From Hungateiclostridiaceae bacterium UBA1305 (GTDB lineage Bacteria; Bacillota; Clostridia; Acetivibrionales; DTU013): 64,000 nucleotides of DNA. Made by a program: the position numbers and the translations under genes. The notes under the pieces were generated by a model. The model searched no databases and was not told the origin of the DNA. It worked only from the letters and a program-made list of their open reading frames with translations. This document shows positions 56,324-64,000 of this stretch, piece by piece (position 1 is the stretch's first letter; each line of letters begins with the position of its first letter). The DNA lies in assembly GCA_002307275.1 (NCBI GenBank), contig DBTX01000068.1, forward strand, positions 3,065-67,064, read 5' to 3'.

Positions 56324-56780
56324 TTATTGGCACTCCCCGATTTATACTTCTTACAGAACAACTCAATGTCCGTAAATTCCGAGACTCTATCTTTTATTAT
56401 ATCTTCAGTCCAATTCCACCATTGTATTTCCTGCAATAACTCGATGATATCTTCATTAAATCTTATTCTTGCTAGCTCCTTAACGTATACACAGGCTTTA
56501 ATTGTGTCTTTTCGCCCGCGCAAAAGAAGTATCGCTTGTTTATTCCTTTTCAATTAATCCATGTTCTTATGCCCTGGAATCTATTTACCGAACTATTGAT
56601 TTGCATTCAATTAAACGTGCATATCTTTTTATATCTTCAATTTGTAAATAAAAATTCATATCCGATATAGAATTTCCGTACATTAATGTAATATCAAATA
56701 TCTCTTTTTCAGGCCAGGAATTAAATCCATAATATTCCATCTATCACCGTTTCCCATAGTTTCAGCGATCAACAATAGTT
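56320..56780 (-). pseudogene. Decayed hexapeptide xenobiotic-type (Vat/CatB-like) acetyltransferase
   Basis: The 77-aa ORF (56320-56553) ends in RFNEDIIELLQEIQWWNWTEDII, matching the conserved Vat/CatB C-terminus (RF....I..LL.I.WWNW). Upstream frames give broken pieces (GNGDRWN; ARLIECKSIV) separated by stops and frameshifts. Confidence 0.5.
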
Positions 56781-56828
56781 CTACTTTTATAATACTCTCC
56801 CCCAAATCACAATTTGCATATTAGTATA

Positions 56829-58250
56829 CTAATAAGCATTCCCGTTCACAAACCCCTTAAACACCGTCATAAACATAATCTTCACATCCATAAAAATGCT
56901 CCAATTACGTATGTAGTAGTTATCACACTTGATCCTTTCCTCTATAGATGAGTCACCACGCCAGCCGTTCACTTGCGCCCAACCTGTGATGCCGCTTTTT
57001 ATGTAATGCCTCATCATGTACTGGGGTACTTCTTCTTTAAACTTTCCGACCCAGTAAGGCCTTTCAGGTCTCGGGCCGACTATACTCATATTTCCGAACA
57101 ATACATTGAATAGCTGGGGTAATTCATCAAGACTTGTCTTTCTGATGAACGATCCAAATACAGTCTTTCTGGGATCATTTGCTGTAGTCCACTGCACCTT
57201 CTCTTCATTCTTGTCCTGGATTCTCATGGATCTGAATTTATACATCATGAAAGGCTTATTACTGGCTCCAACTCTCTCTTGTTTATAAAGTATCGGACCT
57301 TTTGATGTTAACTTTATTCCTATTGCCACCAACAACATGATTGGCATGAATATTAGAATAAATATTACTGAAACGAGTATATCGAATGATCTTTTTATCA
57401 ATATGTTGTGTATATGATCCAGTGGAACTTCCCGCACGTGTATCACCGGCATACCTTCTATTTCTTCGACTGTCACACAAATGTCTTCAGAATAAGCCGG
57501 TAAAATATTTGTTCGTATACCTTCTTTATCACAGATATCAATGATATTTTTTATCAAACCATATTTTTCAATTGATAAAGCGATTACTACTTCATGGACG
57601 TCATTAGTATCAATGATCGTTTCAAGATCCTTTATCTGTCCAAGTATCGTTAATGCGTTTTTATCCGCTGTATTGCTTACATCATCCAGAAATCCAATAA
57701 CATTGCTTCCCCATAGTTTGTATTTTTTAATTCGTTCAAAAAATAGCTTTCCAATATATCCGGATCCAATAATTAAAATATTTTTTGAATCCAGATATCT
57801 TTTATTTGATTTTGAAAGCAAAAGCATTAATAATTTTATAAGTATTCTAACTGCAATAAGTGATACTGTTGCAACAGAAATAAATATAATAAGAAAAAGC
57901 CTGCTTAAATTTGTGTTATGTAAGAAATAAAGTATGCCGCTCAAAATTGCAAAGCCCATAGAGTTCGCAAAAACGGGTTTTAACAGTGTGGAAAATATAG
58001 ATTCTTTTTTCTTAATGAATGTGTATGATCTCGTTATGTAAAAACTTATTGGCCAAATTGCTGCTATTACAGCCAGAATCCATAAATATTCATTAAAATT
58101 AGTCATAAGCTTATATTTCAGGCTATAAAAAGTATTACGCAAGGCATAGGCTGCAAAATAAGAATCAATTACCATTGTCAAATCCACAATCAGTACAATT
58201 TTTTGAACAAACTTAATTTTACTGGTCAACATATGTTTAGCTCCTAACAA
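56829..58250 (-). CDS. Undecaprenyl-phosphate sugar phosphotransferase (WbaP/EpsL-type initiating enzyme)
   Basis: N-terminal TM bundle, a CoA-binding-like region, and the bacterial sugar transferase domain KRSFDILVS...YKFRSM...DELPQLFNVLFGNMSIVGPRPERP. Confidence 0.92.
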   Translation of the reverse strand: MLGAKHMLTSKIKFVQKIVLIVDLTMVIDSYFAAYALRNTFYSLKYKLMTNFNEYLWILAVIAAIWPISFYITRSYTFIKKKESIFSTLLKPVFANSMGFAILSGILYFLHNTNLSRLFLIIFISVATVSLIAVRILIKLLMLLLSKSNKRYLDSKNILIIGSGYIGKLFFERIKKYKLWGSNVIGFLDDVSNTADKNALTILGQIKDLETIIDTNDVHEVVIALSIEKYGLIKNIIDICDKEGIRTNILPAYSEDICVTVEEIEGMPVIHVREVPLDHIHNILIKRSFDILVSVIFILIFMPIMLLVAIGIKLTSKGPILYKQERVGASNKPFMMYKFRSMRIQDKNEEKVQWTTANDPRKTVFGSFIRKTSLDELPQLFNVLFGNMSIVGPRPERPYWVGKFKEEVPQYMMRHYIKSGITGWAQVNGWRGDSSIEERIKCDNYYIRNWSIFMDVKIMFMTVFKGFVNGNAY

Positions 58251-58277
58251 TAGCGAACAATACGTATTTGAAGATAA

Positions 58278-58856
58278 TTAGTCATCCATATATTTCTGAT
58301 ACAAGCTTTGTATCGTCTCAATTTCTTCCGGTGTGAACCGCTGGTACATGATTTCCTTGGCACGCTTTTTCTCTGCAGCATCTACTCCGCCCGGCAGCAT
58401 ACTTTTCAATTCGTTGATGTCTGCGGTGTTCAACCGTTTTATTAGTAATGCGGCTGAACTGATTTTGTCCACAGCCGTAACTTTTTCTTTTACTTCATTC
58501 ATTTGTTCTACTGTATATTGAATCTTTTGGTCATTGGAATTTGAGGTTTCAGGTTTTGATATGTTTGATTCCGGGGTTTCAGGTTTCTGATCAGAATTAC
58601 CACTCGGATTGGTTATTTCATCAGTTATATTGCCTGAAGGCTGTTGAGAAAGCTTATTTCCTGAAGCGGACCCGGTTTGTTCATTTGCATTGGGAGACAT
58701 GTTCTGGGAAGTTGATGGCTCTTCTACTAAAAGGTCATTGATTTCACTATCGATCACAGTATTTAACATTTTATCTCCGATATAATACAATACTGTTACA
58801 GCTGTTCCTGACAGAAGCAATAAAATAACGACAGCAATGACAATTACCTTCTTCAT
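58278..58856 (-). CDS. Hypothetical membrane-anchored protein with an S/N/P-rich linker
   Basis: MKKVIVIAVVILLLLSG TM anchor, a low-complexity linker and a ~90-aa helical C-terminal domain. ATG at 58856 has a GGAAGGGA RBS; the ORF-track start at 58988 is unlikely. Confidence 0.55.
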   Translation of the reverse strand: MKKVIVIAVVILLLLSGTAVTVLYYIGDKMLNTVIDSEINDLLVEEPSTSQNMSPNANEQTGSASGNKLSQQPSGNITDEITNPSGNSDQKPETPESNISKPETSNSNDQKIQYTVEQMNEVKEKVTAVDKISSAALLIKRLNTADINELKSMLPGGVDAAEKKRAKEIMYQRFTPEEIETIQSLYQKYMDD

Positions 58857-59031
58857 ACAATTCCCTTCCTGTACCAAATTATTTGTGTAGGATATAATCA
58901 TAGCTTCGCCATGGCATGCATTTGATGAATAAATGCAAACCTCTATACGGGAGCTATGACCTCCTGATCTTCTACAGGGCCGAAACACCTGCTGCAGACT
59001 TCAGATTTTATCAACTATAGTAAAAATAGTA

Positions 59032-59544
59032 TTATGCCGGTTCAAGCAGTGAAACTCCTAACTCGACTACTCTTTCTTCCCCTAAAAAGCTGAGTACCAC
59101 CTTTGCTCTGCCCTTACGGGTGTTAATATCTTTTATAATTCCTTCCATGGAATATAGCGGCCCTTCGATGATACGGATATTGCCATTCTCTATCAGCAAG
59201 GAGGATATCCCTATTTCATCTTCATTACAGACAAGCTTGGAGAGCGTATTCATTTCACCTTCAGTGATACTTGCTAATTCATTTCCGGTTTTTAAATGCC
59301 GTATAATTCCTGGAATACTTTTCATGTCGTAATATGTCTCGGCATCAATATTCCCTTTTAATATGACATACCCGGGGAAAAGGACTCTTGTTCGGTAATA
59401 CCATGAACCATTCTTTCTCTCCCTAAGCTTCCGCTTGGGTACCATTATCCTGAATTGATCTTTGAATCGGTATTGTAGACGTTCCTTTACTTTGTCTTCT
59501 CCACCGGTAAATACGAACAAAGCATGCCATCCTGGATTAGGCAT
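59032..59544 (-). CDS. NusG paralog (LoaP-like processive antiterminator), first gene of the polysaccharide operon
   Basis: NGN domain WHALFVFTGGEDKVKERL...FPGYVILKG and KOW domain IIEGPLYSMEGIIKDINTRKGRAKVVL. 170 aa. Confidence 0.8.
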   Translation of the reverse strand: MPNPGWHALFVFTGGEDKVKERLQYRFKDQFRIMVPKRKLRERKNGSWYYRTRVLFPGYVILKGNIDAETYYDMKSIPGIIRHLKTGNELASITEGEMNTLSKLVCNEDEIGISSLLIENGNIRIIEGPLYSMEGIIKDINTRKGRAKVVLSFLGEERVVELGVSLLEPA

Positions 59545-59564
59545 TATTTTCCATGTCCCCCTCT

Positions 59565-59610
59565 AAAAAACTTGAAATTATCCAAGCATATCTACCTGGA
59601 TAATTTCAAG
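59565..59610 (-). terminator. Intrinsic terminator between the SLH gene and the NusG-paralog gene
   Basis: On the minus strand, CTTGAAATTATCCA-N12-TGGATAATTTCAAG (perfect 14-bp stem) is followed by TTTTTT. It lies 20 nt upstream of the ATG at 59544. Confidence 0.7.
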
Positions 59611-59645
59611 TATGAAGTTGATATCAGTTATTATTTTAATATGTC

Positions 59646-61763
59646 TTAGCCAAATATGACGGTAATGATATGATCAGCATTATTAGGGCTGCTTGCTTTT
59701 ACTTTGACTGTTGTATGCTTAGTCTTCAAATCCAAAAGTGTAACCGCATTAATCCCTTTGCCTACCTGTGATGCCAGGTTCTGTAGTATTACCAAATTAT
59801 CTTTTGTATAACTGGAGTATGAGTCACCGCTTGTTCCAACTGCCACGCCACTGTATACATATCCCGCAGGCACGGTAATCATATCGACAAGAAGCTGGTA
59901 GAATTGTCCTCCTGTCAAAACAGACTGACTCTCTTTACCCGATTTTAAAGTAGCTGTAATTGTTCCGCTTGCTGCTGAGACAGAATAGCAATTGAGCAGA
60001 CTCTGAGTACCCAGCGTGTCACCTGCGGAAACTTTAATAGTAAGAGTTATATCCTTTAACTTGGTAGTTCCACTATATACGGATACATTTCTTGTTATAC
60101 TGCCGCTCAATATGCTCTTGATCGTCTTGACACTGACATCACCGTCAAATACGAATCCTGCGCCAAAGAATGCTTCAATAATAGAGTTGTTGCCTCCAAA
60201 ATCAAATGTACCATTCGAACCCGTTACCGGATTGGTGGCATCACTTATGACTAGTTTTGTAGCTGCGAGAGGACTTGTAACCTTCAAGCCATTGATATAT
60301 ACAGCATCACTGACACCACTTAAATCAACTGTATAGGTGGTTCCACTGACAGTAGCATTGATCGCCCCGCCGCTTTTTGTCGTTAATGCAATAGATGTAA
60401 TGCTGGTGTCTGTATTGTTGTTATTATTGTTATTATTATTTGTTGTTGTTGTTGTCGTTGTTGTTGTTGTATTTGATGTCAACGATGTACCGCTAACTAT
60501 AGCAGTTATTCCAGCAGCTATGACCGTATTGGTCGGCTTCATCACAATAACAACGCCTGCAGCATTAATATTAGCTGTTGTAATGCTTCCCTGACCGGTT
60601 ACCTGAACACCCGCATTAGCAGTTAAAGTAGTTATTGAAGCACCGGATCCTAAATTTATACCTGCATTCGTTGCGCCTGCACCGACTACCAATGTCCCAA
60701 TATGTCCATCCGAAATTTGAACTGCCGTGTTAGGAGCGTTTATTGATACTTCATCGAAGTCACCGTCCAGATTAATCGACTGGCCCGGGGCTATTCTCAT
60801 AATCGTTACATTGCCAAAGCCTAATCCGGTTAAGCCATTCTCTTCAAGCCGTGCGCCGGAGTTGAGCAGAACGCTGTTTACCTCTGATGATCCTTCAGCG
60901 ACAATCCTTATTTTCCCATCCACTTTAATAACAATTAATGTTCCTGTAAGTGAAGTATTTACAAGATCGATGCTGTTCTCACCGCCGCCCATAACTATGG
61001 TTTTTCCCTTTACCTTGACGTTGTCAAGGGTGACATTGCCATCACCAATACCCGGTGCAAGGAATAAGTCTCCATTGATAACCATATTTTTAAGAGTTAC
61101 ATCTTTGGTATTAACCATAAGATTCTTTTCAATAGTTCCTGTATATACACCAGCTAAATTTTTTAGTTCTTGAACTGTATTATCAATTATTTTCACTGCT
61201 TCAGCACGTGTTACATTTTCTTTGGGAGCAAACAAGTTTCCAGGTCTGCCTGACATATAGCCTTTCTCTGTAACAGCACTGACAGCAGCCTTTGCCCATG
61301 CTGCTATGTCCTTGGCATCAGTGTACTTGTCTGCAGTGCTTGCATTGGCACTCAGCATAAAAGCTCTGGAAAGCATTACAGCCGCTTCCTGCCGGCTTAT
61401 GGATTCTGTCGGCCGGAATTTGCCCTTGTCACCAACGATAACTCCTGCTGAAGCCGTTTTTGAAACAATCTTTGAATACCATGAATTTTCAGAAACATCT
61501 GTGAATTTTGTGCTTGATAGGTCTACGTAATTAAACAATTTACACAGCATGCTTGAGAATTCCGCTCTGGAAATTGCCTTTTCCGGAGCATATGTACCAT
61601 TTGGATTACCATTGATAATCCCTTTTTCAACCCACTTGCTAATTTCTGCAGCCGCCCAATTCCCGTTAGTATCGGAAAACTGAGCAAATGCAGGTACTGT
61701 TATTATAAACAGCATTAATAAAACTACACCTAAAGATATGGATTTCTTTAAACCCCTTTTCAT
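59646..61763 (-). CDS. Surface protein with a signal peptide, three N-terminal SLH domains, a beta-helix-like repeat region, a poly-Thr/poly-Asn linker and a C-terminal domain
   Basis: Three SLH repeats (FSDTNGNWAAAEISKW..., FTDVSENSWYSKIV..., YTDAKDIAAWAKAAV...), the T10N9 linker, and a signal peptide ending in PAFA. Confidence 0.9.
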   Translation of the reverse strand: MKRGLKKSISLGVVLLMLFIITVPAFAQFSDTNGNWAAAEISKWVEKGIINGNPNGTYAPEKAISRAEFSSMLCKLFNYVDLSSTKFTDVSENSWYSKIVSKTASAGVIVGDKGKFRPTESISRQEAAVMLSRAFMLSANASTADKYTDAKDIAAWAKAAVSAVTEKGYMSGRPGNLFAPKENVTRAEAVKIIDNTVQELKNLAGVYTGTIEKNLMVNTKDVTLKNMVINGDLFLAPGIGDGNVTLDNVKVKGKTIVMGGGENSIDLVNTSLTGTLIVIKVDGKIRIVAEGSSEVNSVLLNSGARLEENGLTGLGFGNVTIMRIAPGQSINLDGDFDEVSINAPNTAVQISDGHIGTLVVGAGATNAGINLGSGASITTLTANAGVQVTGQGSITTANINAAGVVIVMKPTNTVIAAGITAIVSGTSLTSNTTTTTTTTTTNNNNNNNNNTDTSITSIALTTKSGGAINATVSGTTYTVDLSGVSDAVYINGLKVTSPLAATKLVISDATNPVTGSNGTFDFGGNNSIIEAFFGAGFVFDGDVSVKTIKSILSGSITRNVSVYSGTTKLKDITLTIKVSAGDTLGTQSLLNCYSVSAASGTITATLKSGKESQSVLTGGQFYQLLVDMITVPAGYVYSGVAVGTSGDSYSSYTKDNLVILQNLASQVGKGINAVTLLDLKTKHTTVKVKASSPNNADHIITVIFG

Positions 61764-61932
61764 TTTCTTACCCCCCTGTTAATATTTTGTTTCCAATTGG
61801 ATACTTCGCCCTTATTAAAATTTTAAATTCTTTGGCATCTCGGTCCAATAACAGTAAACTGTTCATTAAATTACATATTTATCCTTAGAAAATAAAAGTA
61901 TTTTTAGCACTGTTATATTAAACAACATTTCA

Positions 61933-61961
61933 ATTATAAGTATATAAATTTTGGATGTCAA
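61933..61961 (-). promoter_or_regulatory. Perfect-consensus sigma-A promoter of the SLH protein gene
   Basis: Minus strand reads TTGACA (61956-61961)-17 nt-TATAAT (61933-61938). It predicts a ~160-nt leader. Confidence 0.65.
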
Positions 61962-62269
61962 TTACATTTACAGAAATGTCAAATATTTTATATGATTTAC
62001 CAGAATATACGTTATGATTCTGTAGATTATGTCAATTCTTCAGCTCCGCAACAAACTCAACCCTATACCCTCTTTACTAAGCTATATTCTCAAAATACAA
62101 AAATATTTTACTACATTTTTCTGCATAATCATAGCAAATGGACTGTAGAATTGTTAATTGGGGAAGGATGAAACTGCTGATATGGGCTTTTAAATGTCAA
62201 TTATGCCTTCAAAAGTTTGTTTTAAACAAACTTTCACAGGCATAATTATGTAGTACATAAAGAAACCCG

Positions 62270-63091
62270 TTATTTTGAAAGCCAGGCATTGATCAATTTT
62301 CTTGCCACACTTACATTCGAGGGCAGGTCAGGTAGATTATCCCTGGAATACCAGTTTGCATCTGTTATTTCCTTATTATCTATCCTGATATCACCGGACT
62401 CGTATTCTGCCGTGAAGGCGATCATCAGTGAGTCCGGATAAGGCCAGGGCTGGTTTGAGAAATAGCGTATATTCCTGACATACAGGCCGACTTCCTCCAT
62501 GATCTCACGCTTTACACATTCCTCCAGCGTCTCACCCGGTTCGACAAAACCGGCGATAACACTGTACATCTGTCCGGAAAACTTCGCAGCATGTGCCAGC
62601 AGAATCTGATCCCCTTTTGTAATGGCAACAATAACAGCGGGGGAGATCCTTGGATATACAATGTTTCCGCACTTGCTGCAAGTCATTGCCACTTCATCCT
62701 CAGACACGTGCATGGCTTCACCACAGCTACCGCAATACCGGTTTTTCTTTTTCCAGAAAATTAGATGGCAGGCTCGGTTGGCAAGCCAATACCAGTCGTC
62801 CTCCATGCTGCCAAACAGTTTCCGGAGTCCTATGAAAACATGATCCTTCAGTGATAATTTCTCTGATAATGACGCAATATAGCTATCCTTTCCGTCAACA
62901 AGCCCGAGGTATTGAATATCGGAGAAGCTGGCGCGAAGACTTTTAATATCGTTCATAAACGGTATGTGACTGCTGGATTTATCACCAACTGATACCAGGA
63001 GTTCATCATGATAGAAAATAAACCAATAAGCCGGTTCCAGCTCTTCTTTAATTGCTTTAGTACCAGATGTAAATATCATTGTGAAATACAA
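62270..63091 (-). CDS. nudC: NAD+ diphosphatase NudC (Nudix hydrolase with zinc ribbon)
   Basis: CGSCGEAM...CSKCGNIVYPR zinc ribbon, Nudix box GFVEPGETLEECVKREIMEEVG, and SQPWPYP-like NQPWPYP. The start is ambiguous (TTG 63091 or ATG 63079). Confidence 0.88.
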   Translation of the reverse strand: MYFTMIFTSGTKAIKEELEPAYWFIFYHDELLVSVGDKSSSHIPFMNDIKSLRASFSDIQYLGLVDGKDSYIASLSEKLSLKDHVFIGLRKLFGSMEDDWYWLANRACHLIFWKKKNRYCGSCGEAMHVSEDEVAMTCSKCGNIVYPRISPAVIVAITKGDQILLAHAAKFSGQMYSVIAGFVEPGETLEECVKREIMEEVGLYVRNIRYFSNQPWPYPDSLMIAFTAEYESGDIRIDNKEITDANWYSRDNLPDLPSNVSVARKLINAWLSK

Positions 63092-63154
63092 CCCCTTCTA
63101 CTGCACCAACCTGTAAGTGGTATGAGTGTTCTTATTTGTCATGCTATTGTGATT

Positions 63155-63183
63155 AGTTTAAATCTGCAGTACAGAAATGTCAA
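63155..63183 (-). promoter_or_regulatory. Candidate sigma-A promoter of nudC
   Basis: Minus strand reads TTGACA (63178-63183)-17 nt-TAAACT (63155-63160). Confidence 0.5.
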
Positions 63184-63353
63184 TTATGTTCAGCAGTACA
63201 ATTTACAATTTATCTGTAGTACTGGTACACAACTCAGTGAATTCACCGGGTACATTCTCCCGTTTGCTCTGTCAGGATCTGCACGGCATGCGGCAGTACA
63301 GGCAGGATCGCCTCACCGGGCTATCAGCATGCGTAAACTCCACATGCTCCATA

Positions 63354-64000
63354 CTAGCCTCCGATTTCATTCATTTTTCTACTGGAAACGAAATTGTCCT
63401 CGAAACTGTTCCTTTCCGGCTTTTCAAATACCGTTCTGGAGATCATAGCCTTTAGGCCTTCAGGATCATCGAGCAATTCCACAATGTCGACTTCCCGGTT
63501 ATTGCCCAGGCACGGCTTTATTTTACCGTCGCACGTCAGCCTGATCCTGTCACAGCAGCTGCAGAAGCTGCTGCTGATCGGACTTATGAATCCGATTCTT
63601 CCCTTATAACCATCCACTGTGTAATATCTTGCAGGTTCACTGGAATTCCCGGATTCGACAGGCACAAGCTCAGGGTGTGCAGCGATAATCCCGGAATTGT
63701 ACACGATTTTGCCACGGTTCTCTTCACCGAATTCACCTACCGGCATTAGTTCGATGAATCTCACGTCCAGCTCCATGTCCCTTGCGAGTCCGAAGAAATC
63801 GTCAATTTCATGATCATTCAGACCTTTGATTAGTACCGTATTTGTCTTTACAGGAACCAATCCATATATCACCGCCTTCCTTATTCCGTTCAATACATCG
63901 TGCAGCTTGTTAACACCCGTGATCTTCCGGAAATTGTCCTCATTCAGGGAATCAAGACTTACATTGACTCTGGTAAGCCCTGCATCTTTGAGTCTATGAA
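63354..64000 (-). CDS. moaA: GTP 3',8-cyclase MoaA, C-terminal part (the 5' end lies beyond the window)
   Basis: VKTNTVLIKGLNDHEI, RFIELMP and the C-terminal cluster FCSCCDRIRLTCDGKIKPCL. The frame stays open to nt 64000 (…AGLTRVNVSLDSLNEDNFRKI). Confidence 0.9.
   Translation of the reverse strand, partial: HRLKDAGLTRVNVSLDSLNEDNFRKITGVNKLHDVLNGIRKAVIYGLVPVKTNTVLIKGLNDHEIDDFFGLARDMELDVRFIELMPVGEFGEENRGKIVYNSGIIAAHPELVPVESGNSSEPARYYTVDGYKGRIGFISPISSSFCSCCDRIRLTCDGKIKPCLGNNREVDIVELLDDPEGLKAMISRTVFEKPERNSFEDNFVSSRKMNEIGG

Noticed and set aside
1-64000. A search of all intergenic regions longer than 80 bp for tRNA, rRNA, T-box, known riboswitch or CRISPR signatures.
   Set aside because: Reading by eye I saw no cloverleaf-compatible sequences, no 16S/23S/5S-like stretches and no conserved T-box or riboswitch cores that I recognise. 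A covariance-model scan (Infernal/Rfam, tRNAscan-SE) would be needed for certainty.

Overview
This is a low-GC Firmicutes (Clostridia-like) chromosomal segment. All but three genes sit on the minus strand, consistent with a leading-strand, origin-proximal location. Calls rest on reading the supplied translations and the DNA by eye; no searches were run, and start codons were refined from RBS spacing. Reading along the minus strand from high to low coordinates, the window contains: (1) moaA (partial) and nudC. (2) A three-SLH-domain surface protein driven by a perfect consensus sigma-A promoter. (3) A ~14.6 kb AT-rich Wzx/Wzy surface-polysaccharide operon headed by a LoaP-like NusG paralog. It carries a priming phosphotransferase, a GT8, two DUF115/Maf-like modules, a pyruvyl transferase and an O-acetyltransferase with a G10 tract. 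It also carries an atypical aldolase + phosphatase + cytidylyltransferase cassette for an activated keto-sugar acid, a Wzz-like protein, several gene ghosts and an IS-like remnant. (4) The complete S10-spc-alpha ribosomal protein cluster (rpsJ to rplQ, including secY, adk, map, infA, rpmJ, rpoA). Several of its intergenic spacers are unusually expanded by tandem hairpin repeats and long leaders. (5) ecfA1 / methyltransferase (plus strand) / ecfA2-ecfT, a hexokinase-family gene, truA, and rplM-rpsI. (6) amidohydrolase-tsaE-tsaB-rimI, then DUF192 (plus strand). (7) An ECF sigma / anti-sigma / beta-helix membrane protein triad. (8) A VanW lipoprotein, crh-like HPr-uvrC, and a metallophosphoesterase. 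(9) tig, clpP-clpX, lonB, a membrane-anchored thermonuclease, uppP and tsaD. (10) A dense DnaA-box cluster downstream of tsaD and the 3' end of an SLT transglycosylase gene. No rRNA, tRNA or CRISPR array was seen. The most interesting items are the DnaA-box cluster, the tandem hairpin arrays inside the ribosomal operons, the non-canonical activated ulosonic-acid cassette with DUF115 modules, and the poly-G tract in the O-acetyltransferase.
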